Assembly (NCBI GenBank): GCA_026026165.1
Contig: JAPEUD010000030.1
Location: 186,001-240,908, forward strand
Length of the DNA: 54,908 nt
From: Sarea resinae
Taxonomy: Eukaryota
Reading direction: 5' to 3'
The position numbers and the translations under genes were made by a program. The notes under the pieces were generated by a model, which saw nothing but the letters and a program-made list of their open reading frames with translations, ran no database searches and was not told the DNA's origin. The number at the start of each line of letters is the position of its first letter. The first letter of the stretch is position 1. Positions 24,287 to 37,791 of the stretch are shown in pieces.

Positions 24287-24934
24287 GATGGGAGCCGGAG
24301 TACGATGTGAAGTGATGATGCGAGGTGCCTTGCTCAGGTACGAAGGAACGTCTTCGGAAGCTTCCGTAGGGTAGGCGAGGACGGCTGGAGTCTACCTATC
24401 GGAGTACTTTGGAGTACTATGGAGGTAAGGGATTGAAGTCGATCTACTTGAAGCAAGCACTCTACAGAGCGTCACTCAGAAGTACTGAAACCTAAGGTAG
24501 AGAGCACTGTACCTACACTGCAGACGGACCAACAGCTTCATCAATGGCTGACGGGGCTGCTGCGCGGGAGATGCACGCGAATCGATCAATCATTCTCTTA
24601 CCCAATATTCATGCAGCACGGCGCGCATAATACCCGAATAGGGAGTCAGAGGCCAAAAGCCTCACTACTGCCTAGTCGAGCGGTCTGCTCCACCGCCGCC
24701 TGCCGCTCTGCTCGTCCTAAGTGTTTCCCATTCGAGCAATTGCCGTTATTCGGGTCAAAGAAAGACGAAGATCACTCGCTTTCGGCCCATCATTTCACTC
24801 TCTCACTACTCCAAAAGAGTGTGCTACCTGGCCTTTACCGCGCGCTGTCCTCGCGCCCTTGCGCCCTTGCACCCCCCGGCACGGACTACCTGGTAGTCGC
24901 ATACCCTTACGGATCTCTTTCCTTCTCCGTCGTC

Positions 24935-27265
24935 ATGTACGACCCTGCGAGGGACATCTTCACCTCTTCCGACGACCCTACCGCCGACCAGGACAATGCT
25001 GATTCAGTTCCCCCAAAGACTCACGAGCCCCAAGAATCCCATGACGGCCCAACACCTTTGACCGAGCATGCTGTCATTCAGGAACAACACTCCCTAGTCG
25101 ATTCCATTCACCCTCATCAACGGCAGGCTAGTACCACCACCCAAAAGGTAATCTTTGTTCACTTTTCCGGTGATGAACCGGCCATTGCAGTAGGGGTGCC
25201 ACGTTGGGCCCTGGGCTTGTGGTATTCTTGGACGAACTAATAATGAATACAGGATACCAGCCCTCCTCCAACATCTCACATACCCGCCACCGAGTCCATC
25301 GAACCGAACATGCCGCTGGCCAATTCAGATCGTGAAGGTTCAACCTCACCACCAGCTCAGCCAAACCGTAGAAAGCGTTCTCGCTCTCCAGAGACCCACG
25401 TTGCAAATGGACAACCGCGTTCATCGACCACGTCGGGCCAGCCATCAGACCAGGCTATTCCTTCCAAACGAGGGGATGACGATAATCACTCGTCGAAGAA
25501 GGTCAAAAAGGCACATCTCACCAACGGGCACCCGCAGGGCTACGAGTCCCCCGTGCCAATGACTACGGCAAACCTCCCACGCTTCTCGCGCAAGCAGCCA
25601 GGTTCGGGCTCTTCGAAGCCTCGAGGACGAGAAAAGAGTCCCGTTCCCGATGCACGCCGAAGAAGTCGCTCCCGCTCCCGCTCACCGAGACGTCCTCGAA
25701 CCTCTAGGTCGCCGCAGAGCCAGTATGCGGACGACAAGAGAAGAGAGCGTAGAAGAACTCCACCGCCCCGACGATCACGGTCTCCACAGTCGTCTCGTCG
25801 GTCACCCTCCCCCCGAAGAACCCCACCTCGGAAGTTAAAGCGCCCCGGTGGTGCATCTCGCATCAATGCTGCTGACAAGGAAGCCTTCAGACAGCGTCAA
25901 TTGGAGAGAGAGCAGGAACAGATGCGCTTGGCAGCGACTGCGGCGGCTACACGAGGGGTGCAAGATGTCGTTAGGCAGCACTACAATGCAGTCCCCGAGC
26001 GTGGGAGGGAATGGCGAAGGACCGATAGTAGGATTAAAGGTTTACGAAGCTTTAATAACTGGGTCAAGAGCACTATCATTCAAAAATTCTCGCCAAACGA
26101 AGACTTCACTCCAGGCGGAACCGAAAACTCCAGATTCGCTCACGGAATGGAGGGTGGTGGGCTTGAAGACGAGAGCCGGAACAAAGGACTTTTGGTCTTG
26201 GATATTGGCTGTGGGAAAGGCGGAGACTTGATGAAATGGGAAAAGGCCCCTCAAAGCTTGGATTTATACGTTGGCGTTGATCCGGCAGAAGTCTCGATAG
26301 ATCAGGCAAGAGAAAGGTATTCGCAAATGAGAAGCGGCGGTGGCCGGGGTGGTAGAGGCGGAAGAGGCGGAAGAGGCGGATTCAGAGGTGGAAGACCCCC
26401 AAGGCTGTTTCATGCCGAATTCTTCGCCAAGGATGGGTTTGGAGAATGGCTGGGAGACATTCCCATTGTTAGGGAAGTTGGGATCGACGGCAGCATTGGT
26501 CCCGGTGGTAACGCTGCTAGCTCACGTTGGGGTGGCGGTGGCTTTGATGTGGTCTCGATGATGTTCTGCATGCATTATGCTTTTGAAAACGAGGCAAAAG
26601 CTAGGGGAATGTTACGCAATGTGGCAGGCAGTCTGAAGAAGGGCGGTCGATTCCTCGGTGTCATCCCCAACTCTGATATGCTGAGCGAAAGGGTAGCAGC
26701 ATTTCATGAAAGAACCAAGAAGAAAGACGGGATCGATGGCGCGGGAGAGAGAAATGCAGATAACAAGGACAAGGAAGCCCCGGAAGAAGGTGAAGCAGAA
26801 GAGGTCGCCGAATGGGGTAACAGTATATACCGAGTTCGGTTCCCTGGTAAGACACCAGAAGATGGCATTTTCAGACCTCCATTTGGTTGGAAGTACAGCT
26901 TCTTTTTGGAGGAAGCTGTCGAAGAAGTTCCAGAATACGTCGTTCCATGGGAAGCATTTCGAGCGTGAGTAACGTTCAGCAATTTTGCTCATCTAGAAGC
27001 TAACAGCCATTTCAGAATTGCCGAAGATTATAATCTCGAATTGCAATATCGGAAGCCATTCAACGAGATCTGGACCGAGGATTGTGATGATCCTACACTC
27101 GGGCCTCTGAGCGAGCGGATGGGGGTCCGGGAACGAGGTAGAGGCCGTCTGCTGGTCAGTGACGAAGAGATGGAGGCAGCTAGTAGGTCATGGAAGCTTG
27201 ATGTTCCAAACATTTGCTGACGATTCGCAGGTTTCTATCATGCTTTTTGCTTCTACAAAGTGTAA
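24935..27265 (+). CDS. ABD1: mRNA cap guanine-N7 methyltransferase
   Basis: Starts MYDPARD; intron 25148-25252. Motifs LRSFNNWVKS, VLDIGCGKGGDL, FDVVSMMFCMHYAFE and VPEYVVPW. Terminal exons end FYHAFCFYKV*. Confidence 0.96.
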
Positions 27266-27517
27266 ATTAGATATAGATGAAAGCCCCCACTGTCTGAGGG
27301 CGTATGCTATTAGCATGAGATTTTCAACAAACGGCGGCATGGCATTTGAACCGACAAGCCGCAACGAGACTGGCAAGTTTTGAGCGAGGTACTGGCAATC
27401 TGATGAAGCCTATCAGGTTCCTCTCTAGTCTACATTCCTGCAAGGCATGCGAGTTACAAGCCGAATCATGTGCTTGGCGCCATTGGATTGCTGCGATCAC
27501 TAGCTTTCAGAGCACGA

Positions 27518-27710
27518 CCGAGGAATGATGAGTCTCAACCGTAGATTCACTAAGGGATGTTTCCATCTACATTAAATAATAGCCATACCCTCCATGCAGC
27601 TGAATTTGCTTTCCGTAGAATCGAAAACCGGACAAACGCCTTGCTTGTGGTATATTGAAAGCGGAGGGCTAGCCTGTCGGTAGAGCAACGAAGAGCTTGA
27701 GGTGCCGAGG
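27518..27710. promoter_or_regulatory. Two CCGAGG (CCTCGG) FarA/FarB-type sites upstream of PEX11
   Basis: CCGAGG at 27518-27523 and 27705-27710. This is the known fatty-acid/peroxisome-induction core element in Aspergillus. Confidence 0.5.
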
Positions 27711-27980
27711 TCCGCGACCGGCCGGGCTCTCTCACGCGAGGCGAAGCGAGCTTTCAGATGTCGATCTCAACAATGCGGGGAGGCCGAATAAAGCAAGCCA
27801 TAAGGAGACAGCGACTGAATGCTCGGCACTGTCGTCACCCATCACGAATCACTACACCATCCATCATACCGGTCGGATACTCTCCACCACCGTTGCCGAT
27901 TCAGTATCCTCGATCCAGTACCAATAACACATATACAGCCTGGATTTGAAGCTTGAACATATCTCTGGACTGCTGTCAAC

Positions 27981-28946
27981 ATGGTCGCCGACGCTCTAAT
28001 CTATCACCCAACCGTATCGCACTACTTGCGCTTTGCTGCGACGACTCGTGAGCTCTCACCAATCCCCTTTTCCATCAAGTTTCCAGCTAACAACATCTCT
28101 CCTTCTTTCAGTTGGGCGCGACAAGGTCCTCCGGACTCTCCAGTACTTCTCCCGCTTCCTTGCCTGGTACCTCTACCGCACCAACCATCCCGCCTCGCAG
28201 ATAGCCCCGTTCAACGCTATCAAGAAGCAGTTTTCCCTCTCTCGGAAGTTATTGCGTGTTGGGAAGTTTGTCGAAAACTTGAAGGCCGCTGCGACGGCGT
28301 CGGATAACAAGACATTGGATCCTGTGATCAAGCTCTTGACCGTGGGAAGGAATTTGGGATATGCGGCATATCTAAGTTTGGATACTATCGCTTATGTACG
28401 TGTGACTGTTCCTTTCTCTATCCAGGGGAGAGACTATGAAAGGGAAAAGAGATAAGAACGAGCGAGATCAGATGCTGACTTTGGTGATAATTTCGCAGCT
28501 CGATGCCTCTGGCATTCGTTCCACCCCCTTGACCAAGCGGGCACAGAAAGAAGCATACAAGGCTTGGTTCACCGGTTTGATCTTTGGCACCCTAACAGGG
28601 ATCTACCAAATGTATACTATCCGACAGCGCTCTCTAAAGATCGACCGGAAAGACGGAGAAAGTGTCGTCGAGTCGAAAAAGCTGGAGCGGTTCGTACCCA
28701 TTCTCTCCTCTATCATACTTATCGTGCCGAAACGATCTCTGGCGGGATGGAACCCTAATCGACTGACGATGGTCGTATTCTAGTGAACGAGCAGCAACAT
28801 CCCTCCAGCTCGTCTCCGATCTTTGCGATCTCACGATCCCGTCGTCGGCGCTTGGGTATGCCAACTTGGATGATGGAATTGTGGGGCTGGCAGGAACTGC
28901 CAGTAGTTTGATTGGAGCTAGGGGTGTTTGGAAGAAAACAGCTTGA
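27981..28946 (+). CDS. PEX11: Peroxisomal biogenesis factor Pex11 (4 exons)
   Basis: MVADALIYHPTVSHYLRFAATT|VGRDKVLRTLQYFSRFLAWYL...RKLLRVGKFVE...SDLCDLTIPSSALGY...WKKTA*. Confidence 0.96.
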
Positions 28947-29572
28947 TCCATGCGTAGGCTATCGATCAGGGAATGACGATCGAGTGGCTGGAGCTGGCGT
29001 ATAACCCTCAGACTTGTTATCTGCTCCCTAGGTTATATATTGGGGGGCTGTATTACTATATCAAGATTTTTCGAATCTACAGCGGCGTCTTCACGCATTT
29101 GATATTCGGTATTTCGTCTCGTGGGCCTCGACCAATGGTCTGCCCAGTAAGGTAGACAGTAGCCTCAAGTATATCAGCAAAACCTAGACTACCTTTGTCG
29201 CGGGAATATAGCAAACAGTTGGTATCAATTCGAGGGAATATGTACTCTGTCATGTTGTAGTTATCTTGAAGATGTACTTGTCGAGTAACCTCTGTCTTGG
29301 TGTTCGTAAAGGTCCTCTGTACTTTCTCGGCCCGTGATGCAATGATCCGGAATGTATACCAGCATCAACGCCTCCTACTCTTGGCTTTGACCTGGGATTT
29401 GCCCCACCATTGATCTTCGTGCATTGACGGCCAAGATCGCGAACTCCGTTGAGACTTCGGTCCACACAATCGACACCGCTATTTCTTCTGGTCCCTCTAT
29501 TGATCTTGCGCTCAATGGCACCCAGCGCTATTCCGCAGCTGCACCCTCTTGCGAAACATCGTTTGGCTCGTC

Positions 29573-31707
29573 ATGGCTCAGCCATCCTTCAACGACAATT
29601 ACTCGTGGACGGGCGAGGTGGGATGGAGGCAGTATCGAATCCTCAGGCCAGGACGCGGAATGTATCATGATATCAAAAGAAGACTGCCCTACTATTGGAG
29701 CGACATCACGGATGGATTCACCTACAGGGTCTGCGCTGCAACGGTTCGAATGTACTTTGTAAAGTAAGCCTGGTCTTCTTTTGTGCGGCGCTTGAGTATT
29801 GTAATTCATGCTGACCATTTCTCAGTATTCTCCCCGCTCTGGCCTTTCAACTAGACATGAACCATAATACAGGAGGATTCTATGGAGTTAATGAAGCGCT
29901 CTTCTCTTCGGCTCTGGCGGCCATGGTCTTCAGCATCCTCGCCGCTCAACCATTGACCATCGTGGGCATTACCGGGCTTATATCCCTCACCAATTACACG
30001 ATATACGATATAATAAAGAAGCATGACGTTACACTCTATCCGCAATTCATGGTATGGGTCGGGATCTGGTCTGCCATTACCCATTGGCTTACCGCATTGT
30101 TCAACTGGTGCGATTATATGCGCTTCGTGACCGACTTTTCAAGTAATACATTTGCTATGTATGTTGGCTTTATATACCTAAGTGAGTACTCATCTTCGCT
30201 TGTCGAGACTTTGCTGATGGAAGGTTAGTTAAGGGGGTGGAAGAATTGACTATCGAATTCTATAACGATCATATAACGAATGGATTTATGGCTGTTATGA
30301 TTGCTATCCTGTATACCCTTACAGTCTATGCCCTAGAGCGGATGGGAAGCACTGTTATGTTCAAACCTTGGGTTAGGGAGATATTATCCGACTACGCATA
30401 TCCGGTGAGTATATGCTGTTCTGCTTACGGTGTCAGCTACTGACTGGCCCTAAAGATAGCTACGATATGGTGGGTGGGATTTGCACATCTGCCAGGGAAT
30501 CTCAGGCGCGTACATATTGAGGACTTGCCAATCACGCGAGCTTTCTATCCCACTATTCCCCGCCGCTATGTATGGCTCGTGGACTTTTGGAACATACCAG
30601 TGAAATGGGTATTTGTGGCTTTACCTATTGGGATGCTCGTGACTCTTTTGTTCTACTATGATCATGTAAGTTGCTTCCAAGTTTGACCTCGGAACTCCTG
30701 CTCACAATCACAGAACGTCAGCAGTTTGACTGCTCAAGCCAAGCAATTTCCGCTCAAGAAACCGGCAGGATTCCACTGGGATTTCTTCCTTCTAGGTTGT
30801 ACTACGTTTATTGCTGCCATTCTTGGAATTCCATTTCCGAACGGGCTTGTGCCTCAGGTAGTAGTTCCTTTACGATCTTGAGGGATTCTCGCTCAGATTC
30901 ATCAGGCTCCCGTCCATACAGACGCACTCACGGAATACCATGACGAACTCAAAATCATCCACACGGATGAAGCGGAAGGCGTTACAATGCACCGTAAAGA
31001 GACGTTTCCAAAGCATGTCGTTGAGCAACGTGTGTCTCACTTTGTCATGGGCCTCGCCATTATTGGGACAATGACGGGACCGCTGCTAAAGGTTTTGGGA
31101 ACAATGCCTCGGGCTGTCTTTTCTGGAGTCTTCTTCGTTGTCGGGGTAAGTGACCCAGACCGCTGCTGTGAATCAATGCTGACAATTACAGTGGGGCTCT
31201 ATCGAAGGCAACGGCATCGTCAAAAAACTTGTGTTCCTGATGAAGGAGCACCGCTTTGTTCAGCCGGATGAGCCCCTTCTCCGGCTGCGCAAGCGGCGTA
31301 TAGCATACTTTGTGTTTTGGCAACTCCTCGCCGTGGCCTGCACGGTCGCCATCTCGCAGACTATAGCGGCTATAGGTGAAATAACAATCCCGCATCGAAG
31401 AGAATCTGTCGCTAATACATAGTTCCTAGGGTTTCCCGTCTTGATTGTTGCGTTGATTCCTCTCCGATGGGTAGTCATACCTCGTATCTTCACCGTGGAG
31501 GAACTCGAGATCATGGATTCTCTGACGGCCACCAACGAGGTCGTACTCGCCAGCCTCGGCGGACGACCCGAGATGCCGGAGAAGATACTGTTAGAGAAGG
31601 AGAAGACGGAGTCACCGAGTGACAACAGTCTCGGAGACAGAGAGGCGGAGGACAAACAGGAGGCGGAATTGGATGCTAGCCGACGACGAGCCCGGGCAAG
31701 GAAATGA
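29573..31707 (+). CDS. BOR1: SLC4/HCO3- transporter family, boron efflux transporter-like (multi-exon)
   Basis: Motifs DIKRRLPYYWSD, AAQPLTIVGITG, LLFYYDHNVSSL, KKPAGFHWDFFLLG, PNGLVPQAPVHT and VVEQRVSH. The 3' end is approximate. Confidence 0.9.
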
Positions 31708-33374
31708 TCAACGAGGTGTGCCGCGCATGAGAGCGGGGTTGACGGTTGGCGGTGGTGGACCCGCTCCGTCATGATCGATCCATCGCTGAAGTATTTACGA
31801 AGATATAAACGAAAACGTTGATTGGAACTGGGATATGATGGCTTCGGCGGAGAGAATAAGCAACTATGAGTAGTGTTGAAGAGACTCCAGCACGTTCGAC
31901 GTCCCACCAGTCTTACCTGGCTGGCCCGGAAGCCAATTACCATTCGTAATTCCACACGCATCTTCGAGAGTGTTCTGCCTCTCTCGTAGGGATGATCTTC
32001 GTCGCTGCTTGACCCAGGTGCACACCATCAAGCGTCAAAACGCCGACGGACGGTCTTTGGCGGAGGTGCTCACGAACCAGTGTAAGTACTTTCTTACGTA
32101 AATGGCAGTGTGGAGCTACTCCGGAGTACTCCGTCCATCCAGCCCATCCTTCGACTCCAACACGGGCTCGAAAGACAGGGAAGAAAAACGTCGAAGGAAT
32201 GGATGCGATGGGTAAGGTGGTTCCGGTACGTCGGGAGGCTACGGAGTACGCATCAAGCCATTGAGCGATGTTGGTGTCGCTTTACCTTGTTGAGCAGGCG
32301 TGGCTGGCACTTTTGCATGCTCGTCAGGAAAGGTGACCACCTTTTCCGAGCAGGTCGTTTCTTTGTCTTCGACTTCGTCTTTCTTTGCTCTCTCTCTCTC
32401 TCATCCAAATGATGGTGATTTTTGGTTGGCACGGTGGTGTTATACCTTGAACACCTACGCTGCCATCCAGGTATCTCTACTCCATTACACGAGCCGCCTC
32501 GGTGGTTTGACGATCTAATCGGATTTCTTTCTGGCCTCCTTAGCTTGGCCACGCACCACGGATGCCAGGATCGGAGAGGATCCGCGATGTCGTTGTTCGA
32601 TCTTCGAGATATTCGAGATAGTCGGTATATGCCTCTGGGATGGCCAGGCTTCGAGAACTTTCGGTGCATTCGTGCATCCATGTCGCGCGCCCATTGGCTG
32701 CAGACTGGCTGCAGAAGGGTTGCATTCTACTCTACTGCACCGTGCTCTGTACGAGTACTGTGAGTACTAATGAAGGGTACGAGAAACGAGAGCGTTACCT
32801 TAGGGATGGACTACGCTCGATTTGGGCTTAGGAGACGGGATGATAAGAATAAGAATCAAGAGGAAGAGGAGGGCCGAGGAGGGCCGAGGAGGGCCGAGGG
32901 GCGACCCTGGACCCTTGCTGCTGCACTAAGACTCTAGGGCGCTCGAGGAGTACGGGGACGGCTTGAGGGGCTGGCAGCTGGGAAGGTTTGGAGGTGGGCA
33001 GACCTATCACCTCTCAGGCTCGAATCAGCGCCGTCTTCCTTGGCTATTGCTTGGTCGGTGCTCGATAGACCACTTCTCGTCTAATTGGCCCGATTCAACA
33101 CTCTTCCAGCTTTCCCCATCGTCGTTTATCTACGAGTACACCCTCCCCCACGCCCCACCAATAACAAGATGATCCATCATCTCGCCGTCCTTTGCCTGTG
33201 CGCGGAATGGGTGTCGCCGCCCTTGATAAGCCGCAGTCTCCCCGCCACGATTAAGATTTTCCGATCCTGTTCGAGCTCTCCTTCATTTCTCTAGCAGCTT
33301 CGACCGTCGTCGCATCGCTTGTTCTTTTCCAGTGGTCGATCCTAGATACTTGACTGTATCGAAAAGCGTCCGAG

Positions 33375-35145
33375 ATGGAGAAAGTCGAGGCTCCCGTCGC
33401 CACAGATGCAGCGCGTGTCGATTCCCCCTCCGACGAGCTGCCACCTATCGATCAGATAGAAAAGGGGTTCTGGGATCGTCTTACACCCGTGATCGCGTGC
33501 GGTGCTGGTTTATTCTCGGATGGCTATCTGAACAACGTTCGTTGACCCCCACCAAACACGACAGATGGTTCAAAAAGTCGGAGAGGCTGACGGGCGACGA
33601 CTGACAGGTCATCGGTTCCGTAAACACCATCCTGAGCAGCTACCTCTACGTTGAGCGATACGCGAAAAGCTCAGCCGCGCAGAATGTCGCTTCGATCTCG
33701 TTCGCCGGAAATGTCGTGGGCATCTTGCTCTTTGCCTACACCAGTGACCACTATTCGCGAAAATGGTCCCTGCTGGCTTCGACCATTATTCTAATCATCT
33801 TTGCCGCCCTCGCGGCAGGATCGTATGGCGCGGGCGGAAGTATCGATGGCATGTTCTCTGCTCTGGCGGCTTACCGCTTTTTCCTTGGCATTGGAATTGG
33901 AGGCGTGAGTCTTGAAGCTTGAGACTTTCTATGAGCAAGCACTGATGATCCGCAGGAATACCCAGCTGGTAGTGTGGGTTGTGCCGAGACATCGGGCGAG
34001 CTCAAGGCTGGTACTCGAAATCGGTGGTTCATCGCCTTTACGAACGTGCAAATCGACTTTGGCTTTGTGGTGGCTGCCTTCGTACCGCTTGTTCTCGTGT
34101 GGATCTGTGGGATGGGTCATCTTCGTCTCGTATGGAGACTGTCTCTGGGCTTGGGCGTCATTCCACCACTGAGTTTGCTCTGGCTGCGGATCAAATTGAA
34201 GGAGCCAGAGGAGTTTAGGAGACAGACGATGAGGAACACCAAGACGCCCTATTGGCTTGCGATCAAGTAGGTTTGGGTCAGCTACGAATATCACGAATCT
34301 CGCTAATATCGTCAAAGATTCTACGGCTATCGACTGTTCATGGTATCATTGATTTGGTTCATCTACGATGTATGTGCAGCCCTTGGCCGTACGAGCGACT
34401 GACATGCTGACCCGAAAAGTTCTCGACCTACTCATTCGGTATCTATTCCTCCAAGATCGTCAACGTGGTCCTAGGGGCAAATCAGCCTCTCTGGAAGTCT
34501 TTCGGCTGGAACGTCGTCATCAATCTCTTCTACATGCCGGGAGCAGTCCTTGGTTCCTTTGTTAGCGACTGGATTGGCCCACGAAGAGCGCTAGGCTATG
34601 GCGTGTTTGCTCAAGCAGTCGTCGGCTTCATCATGGCTGGCTGCTACCCGCACCTCGCTACGCCTCACTACGTCGCCGCCTTTGTCGTCGTGTACGGAAT
34701 CTTCCTCTCTCTCGGAGAAGTGGGTCCGGGCGACAATATTGGTCTGGTCGCATCCAAGACCTGCGCGACCTCCATCCGCGGCCAGTACTATGGCATCGCT
34801 GCGGCCTTTGGTAAGATCGGCGCCTACGTCGGCACGCGTACGCTGTCTCTCATCGTCAAGCACGATAACGGATCCAAGGGATATCAGATCCCCTTTTACA
34901 TCTCGTCCTCATTGTGCGTGCTCAGCGCCTTTTTCGCCCTCTTCCTGCTCCCGGAGATCAAACAGGACACCATAACCATGGAAGACGTGCGCTTCCGCGA
35001 GTATCTGGAGAGCCAGGGATACGACACCACGAAGATGGGGGTCAAGGAGCTGCAGGGCGAGAGCTTGAGTTCGCTGGATGGAGGGGTGCTTGGATCACCG
35101 GAGCTGGTTGCGGAGACGGAAGAAGGAAAGAAGCCAGGTCTTTGA
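33375..35145 (+). CDS. GIT1: MFS glycerophosphoinositol/phosphodiester permease (multi-exon)
   Basis: PVIACGAGLFSDGYLNN, RFFLGIGIGG|EYPAGSV, FLSLGEVGPGDNIGL and RGQYYGIAAAFGKIGAYVG. Confidence 0.92.
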
Positions 35146-35479
35146 TTTCCAGTTATTTTTGATTGATGATTGATCGCTTGGGTAAACTAATGCTGGAACC
35201 TGGAGATCTGCCATTCTGATGAATGGCCCCGGTCGGGATTGGAGTAGGGACTGGGATGGAAATTTGCCGGCAGTGTTTTAGGAGTGGATGCTTGTACGAG
35301 AGGTTCAAAGTACGATAGCTATGAGCATATATGTGCAATCTAGTATATCTTCTGATTGGTCCATATCCTTTTCCTTCGGCCCTCTACACAGTGTATATGT
35401 AGAAGCCTTTTCTGCTAGCACTTTCCGCAACGTATTACGGTGTGCCTTGACTCGAAACTCTCTACCTAGCACTATCTAT

Positions 35480-36120
35480 TTGTTCACATATATCGTGTAA
35501 ATATATATCTTTATACGTTTAGAATATATATTAGCTCCTTGTAATAAGGCCTAGTAAATTCCTACAAGCGTATTAAAGACTACTAGAACCTGTCTTATTT
35601 CAGGTAGGCTATACCTATTTACCTATGATATAGTAGTGCTTTATAAACTTATCCTTTTATAAGGTGCATTATTATATACTAAACAAATAGGCATAGCCTA
35701 GACAAGCTAGAGTATAGTAATCTTTTTAGATAGCTTATATAGGAATAGGTTTACCTATTAACTGCACCTTATAGTGTTAAGATAGTAGTTATTATTATAT
35801 TGCTAGAGAAGAATAGAGTAAATATAGTAATAGTATATAGTATTAGCCTATAATACCTACCTTGCTTTGCGACCTAATCTACTTGATATAATAAAGCGCA
35901 GATTAGTAGATCCCCGTGTTAATGTATAGAGACAGGGCTAGAGAAAGATAGAGATAGAGAGATATTAGATACCGGTCGATTAGGTAGGTATGCTCTGTCT
36001 GCTGGTCGTGCTCTACTACTATTATTATTACTGCTGCTGCTGTTGAGGTTCTATCCGATCTAATCACTAACAACAAGAACGGCAACGATAAAAACGACAG
36101 CAGCAATAATAAAGACATCT
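35480..36120. repeat. RIP-mutated AT-rich island containing a degenerate palindrome (centre ~35650)
   Basis: Strong TpA excess. Arm TAGGCTATACCTATTTACC (~35605-35623) faces arm AAACAAATAGGCATAGCCTA (35681-35700). The right arm is homologous to the reverse complement of 13251-13330. Confidence 0.7.
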
Positions 36121-36440
36121 ATCTCCCTCCCCTCTTTCTCCGCCCCTCCCCCTTCACCGACCCCTCTCTGCAGAATCTCAGCTCTCAACCCAGTCACCTA
36201 GCCTAAGAGAGAGGCAGGCAAAGCTGTGTAAGGGACCTAGGGCAGCTAACTCTGTATTTCCATCCATCTGCCTCATCGTGTCTCCTGTCCTGTCTATCGG
36301 AGTGAAAATTCCCGGGTAGCCCAGCAGGCAACCCACTACCATGGAGCTCACGGCCGAAAAGGGGAGTAATGGTCAGGACAGCGGCGACTTCTGCGTCAAT
36401 AGCACCAACGGTAGCGATATGGACTACGGCGACATCAAGG

Positions 36441-37791
36441 ATGCCCAACGACAGCATAACCAACAGCAGCAACGACAACACCAACCCCGCGGCCTTCGCC
36501 GTGCCAATCATCGATTTCTCCACCTTCCTCGACCCGGAAGCGAGCGCGTCGCAAAGAAAGCAGGTCGCCGATGACGCCTACATCGCTTTCAGAGACGTCG
36601 GCTTCGTGGACCTGGTCAATCATGGCTTTCTGCTCGACTTGATCGGCGATGCGTTTGGTTGGGTATGTGAGCTGTGCTGTGTTATGCTGCGCTGTGTTGT
36701 GCTATGTTATGCTATGCTATGCTTCGTGATATCATCTTACGCCACGATATGCTACTCCATGCTATTTTACATTATGCTACTCGGGGCTGGCTCTGTTCCG
36801 CCGCCCAAAAAGGGGGGACGGGGGGAGTTTCTTTCTCGCTGTTGGTGAATTGACGTGGGAGAAAACAATGCTGCAGTATGTAACAACACAACTGACAAGG
36901 CGCACGTACGTATAACACAGAGCAAGAAATTCTTCGACCTGCCACTGCACGAGAAGATGAATTGCCTGTATTCGCCCTCGGGCAGCTATCACCGGGGCTA
37001 CAGCAGTGTCGGCAAAGAAAAAGCCTCACAGGTGGTCTTCGACCCCACCGCGCTCTGCGAGCTCCGAAAGACCGGCTGCCCTGGACGTCAAAGAGTCCTT
37101 CGAGTGCGGCCGCCAGGACGACATGCTCACGCCCAACCACTGGCCCGACCCGGCCGCCCTTCCGGGCTTCGCCAACTTCTGCATGCGGTACTACTGGACC
37201 ATGCGCGAGACGCAGGTGCACATCTTGCATGCCGTCGCGCTGGACATGGGCCTCGGCGACAAGCGCTTCTTCGACCCTCTCCACACGCATGCCCAGAATC
37301 AGCTGCGGCTGCTGCACTACCCGTCCGTGGACGAGACAGCGCTGCATGCGGGCGAAAAAGAGCGCATAGCCGCTCACAGTGACTTTGGCACCTTGACCAT
37401 CCTGGTCCAGGACGCGTGTGGCGGGCTCGAGGTCCAGGACCCACGATCTCCTCCGGGCACCTTCGTGCCGGCGCCTCCCGTCGGCGGCGCCATCATCGTC
37501 AATATCGGCGATTTCTTCATGCGTTGGTCCAATGACGATCTCAAATCCACCCTTCATCGCGTTCGAGCACCTCCCGCTCCCGTGATGAAGGAAGATGGCG
37601 AGCACGATGAAAAAGCCATGGTAGGGAAAAAGCTGACGGCGTCGAGGTATTCGATCCCGTAATTCTGCGGTGCCAATCGCGACGCCACCATCGATTGCAT
37701 CCCTGGCTGTTGGAGCAAGTCGAAGCCGAAGAAGTACGAGCCGATCAACAGTGAAGAGTATCTTGTCATGAGGCTGAATGCATCGTATTGA
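36441..37791 (+). pseudogene. 2OG-Fe(II) oxygenase (DIOX_N / isopenicillin N synthase-like) pseudogene
   Basis: Motifs VPIIDFS, GFVDLVNHG, SKKFFDLP, HRGYS, LRLLHYP, HSDFGTLTIL, STLHRV and RYSIP. Frameshift near 37070 between ELRK and DVKESF. In-frame TAA at 37660-37662 where SIP(Y)F is expected; homology continues to TGA 37789-37791. Confidence 0.8.

Noticed and set aside
36772..37605. 277-aa minus-strand ORF
   Set aside because: Antisense to the oxygenase pseudogene in GC-rich sequence.
37660..37662. Programmed readthrough or recoding at the in-frame TAA
   Set aside because: An independent upstream frameshift with no slippery site makes pseudogenisation the simpler explanation.
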